52,997 nucleotides of DNA, filler included, from Sphacelaria rigidula (GCA_964200075.2; 4 parts of 4 records of this genome joined end to end with filler, not necessarily neighbours in it), one strand, 5' to 3'; positions 1 through 13,175 are shown, counted from the first letter of the whole stretch. Notes: generated by a model from the sequence alone, not told the origin. Translations and numbers: made by a program.

Positions 1-64
1 TTCCGGCTTTGTAGGGATGCGAGGTCAATGCTCTTACGACTATGGCATGCATGATCATGAGTAC
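1..64 (+). repeat. 3' fragment of dispersed repeat family A (ends GATCATGAGTAC followed by a C-rich tract), cut by the window edge
   Basis: ccggctttgtagggatgcgaggtcaat...gcatgcatgatcatgagtac aligns by eye with 46480-46552, 52455-52532 and the reverse complement of 15391-15470. Confidence 0.8.
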
Positions 65-146
65 ACTCCACTCCCCCCCCCCACGGCGATTTCGACTGCC
101 GACTTTTCATCTCGCTGTGCCTATTGCCATTCGCCCGCAACCACAC

Positions 147-311
147 CTGGTAGCAGACGTTAACTAATAGCGCCCCCTGGTACGTCAGACCCCTCTCCCG
201 GCACTCCCTCGGGGTGAGACGCGACGACGCAGCTTCCTCGTTCTTCTTCCCCGGGTACCCCACCGATACTCCCTCTATCCACATTTTCATCACCGGTCCG
301 TTCTCCCCCAC
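147..311 (-). CDS. RPA2: RNA polymerase I second-largest subunit, coding exon 3 (gene continues beyond the left edge)
   Basis: Phase-0 exon of 165 bp between an AG acceptor (312-313) and a GT donor (145-146). Translates VGENGPVMKMWIEGVSVGYPGKKNEEAASSRLTPRECRERGLTYQGALLVNVCYQ; PxECRERxxTY is the conserved motif of RNAP second subunits. Confidence 0.88.
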
Positions 312-699
312 CTGCACGTGATTAGCGGGCGAAGGTGAGTTTTCTCGACGTGAATAGCTTGCCGATAAAACTAAAAAGGAGACTGCAGACGTTCTCTTTT
401 TTTGTGGGGGGGTGAGGTAGGCCCCTCCAACAATGACGGAGGGGGACAGGGGGGCGGGCGGGGGGGCACACGAAAAATCAGTAATTTTTCCACGAGAGGG
501 GCCCAGGAATGTGCTCGCCAATATGGATCGAATCCCAGCGACAGCAGGACAGCGGGGCAAGCACAGGATCAAAACAAAACTACAGTAGCGCTTCTCACTA
601 CTCGCAGGAAATGAAATTTGTGAACAGTTCCTGGACAGCATTTGTCCCGCAAGGGATAAGTGCTCCACAGTCTTAACACCGCCATACCGCAACGCATAC

Positions 700-792
700 C
701 TCAAACAACTGTGGGGGCATGTCCTTGACAGCTTCCTTCAGGCCATCCTCCAAGAAGAAGTCGAAAGACCCGATGTGCGGCGCTATCAACGT
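700..792 (-). CDS. RPA2: RNA polymerase I second-largest subunit, coding exon 2
   Basis: 93-bp phase-0 exon, cag|...|gtatgc. Translates TLIAPHIGSFDFFLEDGLKEAVKDMPPQLFE; PHIxSF..GL..AV.D resembles the Rpa135/POLR1B N-terminus more than Rpb2 (QQLDSF) or Rpc2 (QHIDSF). Confidence 0.88.
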
Positions 793-1765
793 CTGCCCAA
801 GTCACCGAAGAAAGACAGTGGGCCAAAGCAGCGTCAGGTGATGTTTCAGAATTCGGGTAATGTTTAACACATCAAGCGTTTGAATATTGCGCTATAAAAC
901 CGCAAACTGCATTCCATTTACGTATTGTCCCCCCTCCCCCATATTTGCTCAGAATGGCGTATTTTGTCATGTCTGGATAGGATCAGTGGATAGATGTTTG
1001 CTGGTATGGCATCCTGCCCTTTCGGTCAGTTAGATGGACGTGTTTGAGGGACTTGCACTGGTTTGGACACAAGTACTTTGTTTCCATTTTGTAGTGATTA
1101 ATATAATATAATGGTGTGCCGTGGATAGCCTTGCGCGCAATTCACAGTCCCCCACAAGAGATCGCTTCGAACGCCATTTCATTCGGCACTTGAGAGACAG
1201 GCACCCTTTCTACTAGCCCACACCGCAGTGTGATCGCACATCGGCATATCCCGTGTGTGGGTGGTTTGGATCTAGACGTGACAGTTACAAGCACAGTACA
1301 GTAGAGCGTCTGCAGCAACGGTGCCTCGACCGTTACGCCAGTTTGAATGGCTTCTAAGATACTCTACCGTAGCCTGCCCGTTCGTATCGAAGTGCATGGG
1401 GACGAAACATACTCACCAAGCGAGTAGAACAAGCCATGCTAAACCAGCATTGCAGTGCCCACTGCCCACCAATCAACACTTGTAAGTACGAGATCGAGTG
1501 CTTCAATGGCCACGACATGGTGAAGCTTTTGGCACTCGTCACATCCGTGCGGACGATGGTATTTCAGTGTAGAAGTCAGTTCGGTGAACCGATGCCCACG
1601 GATCTGCGAAACCACCAGATACGACAGCAAGCACGACTCCGCAAAACATGCACCTATTAGTATTTCCCGAAATATCACACAGGACGGTCCCCAACACCAC
1701 TCGAGCGACAAGTCGAAACTGTCGACACAAAGAGTCATCAACATTATCACCGGGCCAGCACATAC

Positions 1766-1948
1766 CCGTCTCTTCTCCGCGGTGGTCTTTCCAGGCACAC
1801 TGTTGAGGGTGAAGGAGGGCCCAGTCGTTGGTGGCCGACTGCTGCCGCTACTGTTTTTGCTGTCTTTGCTGCCACCGCCGCTGCTTCTTCTAGACGAGGA
1901 TGGCTTTGGCCGCTTGGCTATAGTGAAGAACTCATCTTGAGTTGACAT
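1766..1948 (-). CDS. RPA2: Probable first coding exon of RPA2 (Ser/Gly/Lys-rich N-terminal extension, 61 aa)
   Basis: ATG at 1948, MSTQDEFF...AEKRR, then donor CGG|gtatgt at 1765 in phase 0, compatible with the 792 acceptor. No family motif in this exon, so the join is inferred. Confidence 0.65.
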
Positions 1949-3889
1949 TGCTCTGCTAGCGCAGTGTCACGGTGGAGTCAAGGTAGAGGACGGGAATCGC
2001 GGCCGTATCCGGTCGTGCCGTGCAGGTTGCTACTTTTACGAATTCGCACGACTTGAACGTACGTCCAGACCCGTAGTCAAACGCAGCATTCATGTCGTCT
2101 CCTGCAGATAACATGAAAAAGTGCTTGGTAAAGGTTTTGGTTTGAACGATGGTATGCATATGAGAAAACTCAAATAAGTACGATACGTTAAAATCACTGT
2201 CCTACATGATTTATCCTACGAGGTACAACGTAGTACGTAGGATATATGATGGGCATATATATAGCTCCTATATATGCCATAAGCTTTGATTATAGGTTTG
2301 TGTATACAATAGTCTGCAGTAAACGTCCAAACAATTGTGAGAAAGGATGTTGGCCCATCTAGTAGCAGTGCCGTTTTAGTGGCAGCCTGTATTTCGAGTC
2401 TTCCAGTAGACTCAGAATCATATTCAGTATTATTCAGGGGAATGGGAGATGACCGGCGATCCGTCAGCATGCCCAGTTCATTTCTTCATGATTCTTTCCG
2501 TAACATTAGCCCTGTCGTTCACGCCCGCGGTCGAAAGGTAAAGGATTGCAAGGCAAGCACATACAAGCGGACGATGAAGCGTTGACCGATTGCTGGTGAA
2601 GCACATCATCCAGTAACGATTGACTGCAGGTAGTGGATTCTATTCTGAAATTGGATAATAGTAATACAAGAGTCTCCTTTTCACATTAAAAATGCGTAGT
2701 AGATCATGACTTATTTGACATTAAATAACAAAAACCATTCGAGCTGTGGTCTTTTCTCTCGACAACAGATACAGGCAGCTGTACAGGAAGCTACACTATT
2801 GTACTTCGTACTGGCACTGGAGTTTATTACATCATTTGAGCTGCTGAAGGTGTGCTCGAAGCCATGCCACCAGCTTCCAGGCTGCGAAGGAGCATTGACT
2901 CCTTACAGAGCTTCGACTGCTCGATGATCGATGTGAGTATACTGTTGTACCAGAGACACGTAGCGTTAGGTAGTTCCCACCTAGATATGCCGACGGCGCG
3001 ATGATACTGCATTCAAAATCGCTCGCAGTCATCACGATATTACGTACCATCCTGTAGGTGGACCTGGACGTCATCTAGTTATCCCGGTGTTTGCATTCTG
3101 CATCCGGTGTTGCAGATAGGTGGGTAGAGGCGAATTACGCCGTCCGAATGAAGACGAATGAGCGTCACAGAGTGGAAGCAAGAATCATCACCCCGTACTT
3201 TCTTCAGCAACCGTCGGAAAATTCTTTGCGCCTAAAATAGCTCGGGGATTGGCAGGGACTCGCCGCGAATCCGCGCATTAACATGCGCATGGTATAGGCG
3301 CGTGAGCTGTAGAATTACCATAGCCTGTAAGCAAAAAACCTGATGCTCATTGAATGTGTGAATATAGTGCGCTGTACCTCAGAGAATGTGCTCTTGCTCC
3401 CGACTGCCGCCCGAATAGTTGTGTCGGTGTAACCTAGTCTCAACGACCAGCCGAACGGCCGAACGACACAACCACGCGTTCTGATTGACCTACATACTGG
3501 TCTGTGTGCAGTATTGTGTCTGCGGATGCAATGCATAAACTCGCCAGTGGGTGATGTCGACAGCATTGAACTCCAGGCTCGAAGCTGGAAGTGCAGAATT
3601 CTACCCAAAGTTGGGGCAATGTCACGGAAAATACGTCGATGGACATGAGGCATGTGTGAGTAAGTGCCAGATTCGGCGGACTGGAGCTAGCGGCCGATGC
3701 GGGCTGGGACGGTTGCACCCTTCCTGTGAGACCAAAACGGAAGGTATGGACCATGATCGATGCGTCGAGGGAAAAACGGAATATGAAGACGTCTGCACCT
3801 GGGAACGAAAGAACAGACCCTGGGGAGGGCAGCACAAATAGCAAAGGGTGTAGAATTAGATAAGACTAGGGCTCAGCCGCGTACAGGGT

Positions 3890-6620
3890 AGCTAAAAGTG
3901 GCGACCTACAACGTCCGTACACCGTGCTCACGGGCAAGAAAGGGACTGGTCATGCTGAGATAGTCCTGCAACAGTGTCAAGCGGTAGGTTTTGACGTCAT
4001 CAGAATCCAAGCGACAAGGATGATCGGGCCGAACCGAGTTCGCTGCCGCGCGACACCGTGTCTTCTGCTGCGAGACGGAAAGTGACAAGGGGAGAGGACT
4101 GGACAACATGGAGTCAGGTTGACTGTGAAAAAGTCGATAATCACCGAGGCCATATGGGCTCAGGTGCTCACTAGCGAACGACTCATGTCGATTACTTTCA
4201 ACCTGGCAGGCGAAACGAGCGCTGTCACGTTCGCAGTTGCCCGTGGCCCTACAGACACATCAAAGTTAAGGGAAGAGAGATATATCTAGGGTCTGGGCTG
4301 AGTTGGACAGCACTGTAAACTGCGGTCCCAACAATCACCACCTGTTTATTTTGACGGACGCTAACGCCACGACTGGGAGAAGAACAGAAAGGGAGGAATG
4401 TGTAGTGTGGGGGGCATAAATTACGGCCGGGACTCCCGAGACAACAACAACCACGGCATTCGCTAGAATTTGCGGGTTGCAGTAGCCTTGCCCCTGTCAT
4501 CATGTTTTTTGTTCACCCCAAGCGAGGCACATTCCGTATTTGAAACGGTATTGCAAATCGTGCTGCAAACACGTTGACTGAATCCTCATACGCCAAGATC
4601 ACGGCAGGTTTGTTCGCACTGCCGCCGTCCGCCCTCGACCACCCAACTCAACGGACTCTGACCACCGCATCATGTGTGCCCCAGTCAGGCTTCTTGGTAG
4701 CACGTAACATACCTTGGCGAACCCCCTGTGGGCGCAAACTGATCGACTGGCCGGCAGCAGTATCTGACATCGATAGACGTGAATAACTAATTATTCCTGA
4801 CCTCCGCTGAGATGGTGGTGTCCCGTCAGACCCGAAAGACCACGGTTGGAAGATCGGCCATCCGAACGCAGTTTGAACGGACCTGGAATCAGAGAGAAAT
4901 GGCGAGGTTGATGGTGAGAATAGAACCGAGAGATAAACCCGAATGGCGCAACTTGCGAGTAGCGTACAAGGCACTCGAAGAGGTTACACAAGCCGGGGTA
5001 AAAAGGTGCCTGGATGTGTATGCGAAGGCGCTGCAGGAGTATACTAGAATTGTGGACATGAGAGGATGGTGCAGACATCTGACAGAAGGGTGGTTTCAGG
5101 CGGGACGAAAAGTAGAGAACGAGCAGTGTAATAAGGACGAGGACAAGCACCTACTGCGGGATAACGGTCCAACTTGTGAGAGATAAGAGCGACACTTCTC
5201 CCCCTTGCTGAATGCCATATCGGCAACTATCGACCGAGCCGACATCGAGAACATTGCGCAACGACCGACAGCGTTGTCGCTTGGAGACTCGCCAAGCCCA
5301 ACTGAAACTGAGCATGCTCTGAGAGCTCACGTCTAACGGAAAATCGACGGGCCCGGATGGTCTACCTGTCGAACTCCTCAAGCCCAGGCTGGTCGGGGAT
5401 CCTTCGAAGATTCTGCACCGCTTCCACATAGTTATCGCCACGGTCTGGACGAATGACGAGGTGCCACAGAAGTCGGGAGACACTGCTATGAACGTGCTAC
5501 ACAAGGGGAGGAGTGGGACCGGGGGTAATTACAGGGGCAACTCCCTCGTGACAAATGTTGGTAAATTGTCCTCACAATCGTAGCCAATAGGCTCGGTAGT
5601 TTCTGTGAGGAGACAGGGAGCTTCCTGGAAGAACAGTGCGGAGTCCGGTGCCAACGATCCACTACCCAAATGATGTTTGTGGTACAGACACTTAAGAAGT
5701 CGGGACGGGCGAACAATGTCCCAGGGTACATATGCTTCATCGACCTGCAGAATGCTCACGACTCAGTAGATCGCACGCTCCGGTGGGAAGTGCTTACTCC
5801 GTTCGAAGTCCCGCCGCGGATGACCAAGATTACCCGTATGTTTCATGATACAATCGAGCTCGGGTACAGCTGAATAATGGCGAACTATCAGCGTGGTTTC
5901 ACGTCTGCCGAGGACTCCAGCAGGGATATGTTTGGTCCCCGCTATTGTGCAACATCTTTGGCGCAGCCTTGGTAGGCGTGATCTAGCGACTCACGCCCAA
6001 GTCCCCAGCAGACGTGAAACCCTGCTGATAGTTCGCCATCATTTAGCTGTAGCCATCGTCTCAGAGTTCGTAAGTCTAGATGATGCGCCAAAAGGTGACT
6101 ACGGCGAACCCCTGGGAAATACGCCGCTGGAGAAGGTGCGGCGCTCGATGCGGGCGATGTTGTATGCAGATGACATAATGTTGTATGCAGATGACACAAT
6201 GTCGTGTGCAGATGACACAAGCATAGCTCGAGTTCCCTAGACGGGCTTGCTAGAATGAAGAACGTGATGATGGTGGCCTGTCAGGAGTTCGGATTGACGA
6301 TATCGGAGAGCAAGGCAGAGCCCATGTGCCTGGGGTCAGTACGCAGCTTCGCAGATACTGCATTGCACATCAAGCCGGGTAACGGCATAAGAAGACGGCC
6401 AAGTTTGTCTGTCTTGGTGGTGGTGTCAGCTCGGATGCAGACAATTCCATCGAAATCAACGGCCACATAAGCGCTGCGTGGACATGCATCCGAACTTATA
6501 GCTCCCAACTCTACGATCAGCCCAATGCCCAGCTACCTTTGAAAACTCGGCTGCTTCAAGTGGAGATGGTGAAAGCTATGCTGTACGGTTGGGCTTCATA
6601 TAGACGCCGGGTGCGGAGGA
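3890..6620 (+). mobile_element. Decayed non-LTR retrotransposon (RTE-like LINE): APE endonuclease plus reverse transcriptase with many stops and frameshifts
   Basis: Ordered motifs: LKVATYNVRT (3892), LTDANA (~4350), SDH (~4658), NGKSTGPDGLPVELLK (~5335), NYRG (~5527), EEQCG (~5628), CFIDLQNAHDSVDR (~5733), GLQQG (~5912), MLYADD (6157), FGLTISESK (~6288), FVCLG (~6404). Confidence 0.9.
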
Positions 6621-6949
6621 CTTCATGATTCCTTTTTTTTGTTTTTTCATCTGCCTTGTTTTGTTTTGCGCTGTTTAGTGTTCTGCTTTTCGTCGTTCAG
6701 TTTCCGTTTGTTCTGTGACTTATGTACTCTCTGGGAGTGTACGTGAAGTCCAATAGATGTTGACGATGCCGTGCACATGTAGTGTAGCCTTTCTCTATCA
6801 ACCCCGTAAAACCGTTCAGAATTTTCGTGAACTGCTATCTGTAGTTCGTCATTCTAGTGCCGTACTTTTTTTTCTTTCGCTTATTATTTTCTTGAGCGAG
6901 CGTATCCGTTTTTTTACCTCGGATATGTCCATCTTGTGACCCACGGCTG

Positions 6950-8250
6950 GGTTCCTCGGGGGTCAGTTAATGTGCGACAATCAATCAAATCAATTTCCTC
7001 GATGGATCCGCCTTTCCTTCCACCGGATGCAACGATGTCACGCAAGAAGTGGAACGCCGTGTCCCCTTGCAAGCACGCACAGAAGCGGCACACGGCATAT
7101 AAACGGCTTCACCTTCACTGGAATATAAAACGAACCCAGCACACGTCGTCACTGGTGTCCAATTCTGGAACCCGTGTTTTGCTTCAAGGCCGTTCCGTGA
7201 AACCAAGTAGCGGTGCACTGCGACGACAGCAGTGGCAAACGCGCGCGATTCGTCGCCTTATTCACCACCTCCTAGAAAAACAAGACACGGCGGAATCAAC
7301 GAATTCGAACAAGGATGCGATCGCCAATGTACGGAAACGCATGTGCAGAGAAGCCCTTAAAGGTACGCACTCAACGAACTTCGACTCAGTCCCGCCCACT
7401 ATCGGGCGCAAATTGGTGATGAATGTCCATTCGAAATCACCAACGCCAGATATCGGTGTTCGTATACGTCCGAGAGTCATTCTCCATTCAGCCCCCCGAG
7501 ACGCAATCGCGGATGACTCATGCTGTACGCAACCTAGCCCACTGTATTCGCTCATGCAAGCAGCACTCGCAACCACCCGTCCTTTGAGGCCGAAGTTTTC
7601 CTCGTAACCTCAGTATGTGGTGCAATATTTCCTGGTCACGCTTTCGACCTGATTATCAATCCACGGTAAGGGTTTATCGCTTCGGTACTGAAAGGTGTTG
7701 ATAGCTGTGAGTTGTCTCAATTGACACCGTCTGGGTAGAGATATCATCGACAATATCCACGGTGTTTGAGCGACAGAAGATGGGACCGAAACGAGCACTA
7801 AAAGCAACATAATAAGCACGACCATCACCGTTTTGCCATACATGCCGGCGACGTGAAGCTCTCTGGGCCTTGTACGGCACTTGCGGTGTAGAGGTATGAC
7901 GTCATTCGTGTACTTGTATTTGAGTTTGCATTCTGTAGGACGGCATTCTCTTTGTCTTTGAAAGCCAGTGCAACACCCTGCGCTCAGTGTTGCTGATGGA
8001 TTGTCTACTGAAGCTAAGTCAAATACGCGTCGACGTCCAGGTATTTTTACGGTTGTCGGGCTTCAGTTGCGTTGATCAACCAACTCACGGTATGAGTTGA
8101 GATTCCGCCAAAACGGTTCAGCTGGACGTCTCATGGCCGGCAGATCTCGCGCGTGTCTTTGTTGGGCCAACAGTCTACGTGTCACAAGACACTTTTGCAT
8201 TTGATGTCGGCGTAGCGGTATTCAGAGCGTAGTTGCGTAGGCACAGCTGT
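6950..8250 (-). mobile_element. Probable highly degenerate Ty1/Copia RT-RNaseH relic
   Basis: Minus-strand remnants in roughly the expected order: LDVDAYL (~8030; cf. LDVxxAFL), PYKAQRASRRRH (~7860; cf. LYGLKQASRxW), FVDS / AVSCFSR / NKATNR (~7250-7305; cf. ADADYA, SKATDRRS, SWFSR, locally out of order), LYSSEGEAVY (~7110; cf. LSSxEAEY). Confidence 0.45.
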
Positions 8251-9429
8251 TACTAAACTCAAGTCAACGGTGATTTTGAGCAAGTTTTCCCCGACATATT
8301 TCCGGACTTCAACGGAGGTGCTTAGTTGACGAGGTTTACATGAACCCGCCAGGTTTTTGCATCACGACGCTATGATCTGAAGGTTATGTGTCTTGCCTCG
8401 GAGTTGTAGGAGGTGATGTATTAGGAGGGTAGTAGTCTCTCACAACACCACGGGACTGTTCCTCGCTCGCGCGGGGGGGTGGTAATCGCCAAAGCAGGGA
8501 TACTTCGCTTCCGTCGTCTCACGCTACCTTGTTTTGCTCCAAAACATCGATTAAACTTGTCCCCTCACATATGTAGGGCACTTCAATCGTTCTAAAAAAT
8601 CAGCCACATTCGCTGTGTGATGTTCCCTTGAAGAAGTGGGGGTCAAGTGTGCAGCGTACAGCCCGAAAACTCGCGACATTCGCCATCATCGTCGAAAATA
8701 GAGTGGCGTTGGATCCAAGATAAAAGTAAATGGTGAATGGCCAGCGGAACCCTGAGCACCCATAACCACGGTGAACTCCCCATGCATCCTGTTCCGATAT
8801 TCAGGTTTTTGTGTGCTGTCCCGCGACTGTTTGAAGGGTAGTTTTTAGCAGGCGTAGATGGACGCTAAATGGACACGAGCGCTGGGCAAATGTGGTCCAA
8901 AAATGAAATGAAAAGTGTTCCACAGGCTTACAGCACCATGTTTACATGGTTGATCGCGCGAACGTTTCTCATCCTCGGTATCGTTGTATCGCCTAGCTGT
9001 TAGTACTGTCGAGTTCCGTGTTTGAGTGATGGCCTCCCCCACTGCCTACCCACCACGGCTGTTTGAGTACTTAACGACGAGGACCCAAATTCTATCATGG
9101 CACAGTTGCTGGCGGCAGGGCCTTGTGAGGGAGATAAACTCACCGCTGCGTTTCCATGCGCGTTGCTTGTGTGTGTGTCAACTCGTGCTCGCCCTGCTCA
9201 GTTGGATGTTGGGAGTGGGGTGAATGTTCCCGCAAACCTCAAGCAAAAAAACAGAAAATCACGCAACTATACCCGAACGCGCCTCCTGCAGCACATACAC
9301 CGCCCACCGAATATGCCACGTCGTTCAGCTTTGCAGCAACAGCTGTTCGTGTTCACCAAGTACACGTACCTCTGTTAGCGCGATCATTACTGTTTCCCTG
9401 AGACAGCAAAGGGCTGCTGATCGTGGCTT

Positions 9430-9810
9430 GTGCCCGAATACCAATGACGCGGTATATGCGTGCCAACCGCCTTTTCTATAGAGGCGTTGTCCCTCCACCA
9501 CAACTATTCCGAATCACCCCCCAGAGGCCTGTACGTTCAGCGTCTATAATAACTAAGGCCCGGGTCTTCAAGGGTTAACCCGCTGACCGCTAGGGTGGGT
9601 CATCTGGGAGTGGTGCCGCGATGACACCCTGTCGAAAAGTGGCTGGTGTGAGGAGGCAAAATCTACATGGAGATCAAAATGACAAGAGCCGAGTACACCA
9701 GGCATCTGGGAACTGCCCCGCTTGGGATTGTTTTGGCCAAGGTCGCCCATGTGAGGCGCTTCATGCAGTCTGGCATCAGCTACCACGCGCTGTGTAGCCA
9801 TTTTCATTTT
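9430..9810 (-). repeat. Dispersed repeat family B, copy 1
   Basis: Reverse complement aligns by eye with 18040-18340 (shared catgaagcgcct, gttcccag, tagattttgc.tcctc..accagccac, cgcgtcatt.gtatt). Confidence 0.75.
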
Positions 9811-11712
9811 CTTCGTACCAGTTTCGAGGCTGGTCTGGCGGGGGAGGGGGGGGGGGGGGGGGGGCTATGGCGGCATAAGACCCAGGTGTTAGAAAGTAAT
9901 TTTTCAAGTGAAGCTGGTGCTGGTTCAGGAAAGAATGACCCACCCTAGCAGTCGAAGGGTTGACGCTTCAGCTGGAAGCCTCGTCTCGGAACAGTCGCTT
10001 CACTGACAGACCCGCGGGCGAGTGAGTGAGATCAGATCAAGGTGTACATTTTTCGTGGAGGGCGAGCATGCTCGTTTTTTTTTTTCTTGACGAAAGGAGA
10101 AAACCCAACCCAACACGTATCTCGCAAGCGAGTTCGCGTGCCGATTACCCGAAGGCTCGGCGAGACTGCTTCGCGGCAGTCACGTGGGGAAGGCGCCTCG
10201 AGCGTTCGCAAGCTTTTCGCAAGGCAGTGTCGGAGATGCTCCCACTAAAACCCCTTATCAACTTGGCGCAGTGCACGCGCCGCCATACTCTTTGGAGCTT
10301 CGGTCCCAGGCATGCTCGAGGATCCGTCGTACACCCTACGACACAAGCGGGGAAATGCGCACCAACGGACTGTATGATTGTACAGATGCTTCATTCTCTT
10401 TGACTATACATGTACCTGAAATACTCCGACAATTTCGTGTGATTTGTGTATTGCATGTGCGAGGAAGGCAGAAACATATGTGCGATATTATGCGAGAAAT
10501 GTAGGGGGGTATGTAGGATGTGCGGATTGATGCAGCTGGGGGACGGAATGTGTGCGATTTATGAGCCCTCTTGCGCTTGAACACACAAAGCTGCTGTACC
10601 CATCCCATAACCCACAACCCCTGCACAGTAGTGTAGTCTTCCTCAATTTGGGATATGTTTGCGGCGTGTAATGTTACAATCTACAGCACTTTCCGGATCG
10701 GAGCATGGCAAATGAGACACATGTCCGAGGGGAAAAAGTCATTTTTCAATGCTCCTGTTGGTCAATAAATTTGAAGAATATGCACCGGGTTATCAATGAA
10801 TGCGGTGAAAGTTAAAAACAGTTTTGATGTATCCGAAATGGGTGTGTACCCGAAGGAAGCGAGCGCATTATAACTGATGGCCAAGGGTGGAAATTTGCAA
10901 CATATACGAGATATTTCAAGATATTTCAGAGGAAAAGCCTGATTACACTTTCGCAGCGTACGTGAACAGACGGCACGAAATAGCGACCAGCCGGGCTGTT
11001 TGTCATAGCACAAGTGACGGTGGAGAGAACTAACTACACCTCAGTGTCTATAGTGTCTGCACCGGAAGAGGCACTACCTTTGTTGATGCGCCGATCAGGA
11101 ACTTCCTCGACAGGTACCAGGGGTATCTTGACATAGCCAGGGGATATCTAGTGCGTACATTATATCAGTACGGTAGCTAGCCGTAACCCAGCGCACACCA
11201 CTCACAGTACATGGGCATGGTACACGTCGAAAAAGATCATGGGTGTCAAGAAATATCCACAGTGATGAGGGTTTCTCTCAAACTAAGTTGTGCACCATCA
11301 CCCCAATACAGCAGCACTTGATTCGGTGAAAGTTCACACTAGCACATATCGAGTAACTGGAAAATGACCATTGCTTCGCAGTCAAAGGGTGAACTCGCGT
11401 AGAGCCCAGGTCGCCGGTTGAATTTCAAATGCGGGGGGCGAAAGTTCATCAGTGGGCTAATAATAAGACCTAGCTTCGCTGTGTAGGCTTCCGGAAGCGC
11501 TCTTGTCCAACTAGCGCCCATCAACGAATGGCCATTGAGTCATTCTCCAACATCGACGATGCAGACGAGACTGCCAGCACCCTACTATAGCATGGCTAGC
11601 ATTGAACGTGGACGCTCTTTGCAGTTCGAAGTACGCACCGACACCGACAACCCCCCTCGAGCCATCTTTTGAGCGATTGCGAACGCCTTTTTGTTTTTGT
11701 TTTCGGATGCAG

Positions 11713-11870
11713 GCTGGAAGCAGAGATGCTGCGGTGCTTGCCCAGGTGCTGGGCGCCACGTTAGAGGAGGCTCGTGCAGGCCAGGTTAGCTGGTCGGAGC
11801 GAGAGTTGATATCGAGGTGGCTCGACAGAAACGGAAAGTTGGCCCCCGCGTCGTGCTCCGGTCTTTGCAG
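11713..11870 (+). CDS. Possible isolated internal exon, product unknown
   Basis: T-rich tract plus cag| acceptor and cag|gtgagg donor; one open frame AGSRDAAVLAQVLGATLEEARAGQVSWSERELISRWLDRNGKLAPASCSGLC. No family recognised and no partner exons found. Confidence 0.25.
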
Positions 11871-12364
11871 GTGAGGTGGAGAGGGGGGTGCGCAAGCAGC
11901 ACGTTTGAGGGAGAAAGCTCTTAGATAATGTTAGGTCAGCACGCGACTGAGCTCATGTCAGGATAATGGACGTGGTTGATTTGGGGTCGCGTTTTGTGCC
12001 CCTGTGTTGCAGGTCGCACAATAAGCGTCGCGCTGACGCGGTTCAAGTTGACACGTTTGGCTGAGACATGAACGTGATCCCTGTCTGTGATGGAACACCT
12101 CTTGTCGACGTGACTACATGTGCATGAGCAAACCTGCGTCACGATCGATATGGATCCCTAGCTTTCCGAATGATGAAGGGAGTTACCGTTTGCATGTACG
12201 CATGGGACAACTGTATGCTGGATGGTCCGCTGTGCATCGTTCCATCGACTTGACACGTGTGTGGAGTAAGTGGTACATCGGTATTTGAGACCTGATTTGA
12301 ACAACATATAACGCTCACATTTTTGTGAAATTGCTGAGAGCGCAAATATCCTTCATTTTTACTA

Positions 12365-12949
12365 CAAGCTGGGCCAGTTGACAGTAATTCTTGAATGTTT
12401 TCGCGCACGGCGATGCCTAATTTGAGCAGTTGGGCGCTGAAATTTTTGACACGACATTTTTATCATAACCACGCGCAACATTTCGAAAAAAGCCGGACAG
12501 AAACTCAGAGCGATTTGAAATTTCAGCAGAAACTGGAAAAATGTCATAACTCCGTTAAGAAAACAAAAAACGGCGGCATCCTCAGATGTGTTGTACGCAC
12601 TTGCGTGTAGGAAATTCCGGTAAAAATTCAGCCAGAAACTTAAAAAATTGAGCCCAGCCTGGCACTCCTTGTGTGACACGGCTACGCCCCTGTAATTCAA
12701 GTGATACAGGAGACTCCAGTTGTGGAGGTCACGAGTTCAAATCGCTACATATCCACTTTTTTTCGTTCCGTCGTTAACATAATATATAATGTATTAGGCT
12801 TTTTGTCATTTTCTTTTTTTCAGCGGCAGGGCGAGCATGGCCAGGTTGGTCTGCAGGTCACAGCAATACGCTTAAATCGGGCTGACTCGGAAAACTTGAC
12901 AAGTTGTTGTGTGATGCGCGTTTGTACGTTTCACAGCTCGCCCAGCTCG
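12365..12949 (+). mobile_element. Non-autonomous TIR element (family C), TA-flanked, Tc1/mariner-like, carrying a tRNA-like internal segment
   Basis: Ends TA|CAAGCTGGGCCAG ... CTCGCCCAGCTCG|TA; the interior aligns with the reverse complement of 31890-32444. Confidence 0.7.
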
Positions 12950-13175
12950 TACGCCTTACTGAACATTTCCACTCAGCGTTTTGCTCATGGTCTCCCAATC
13001 ATCAGGGAAGTATCCCCTCCCTACACGCTGTTGAAACCTAGACGTCGGCTGTGACATTGTACACACGACACAAGCTATCCCCCCCCCCCCCCCCCCCCCC
13101 CCCCTCCCCCCCCAACCCCCCCCCCCCCCCCTCCGCGGAAACCCCGCCCGCTCCCCCCCCCCGTCCCAGAGGGGG

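Noticed and set aside
6936-7607. 223-aa plus-strand ORF
   Set aside because: No recognisable motif; overlaps the minus-strand Copia-like relic and is probably chance.
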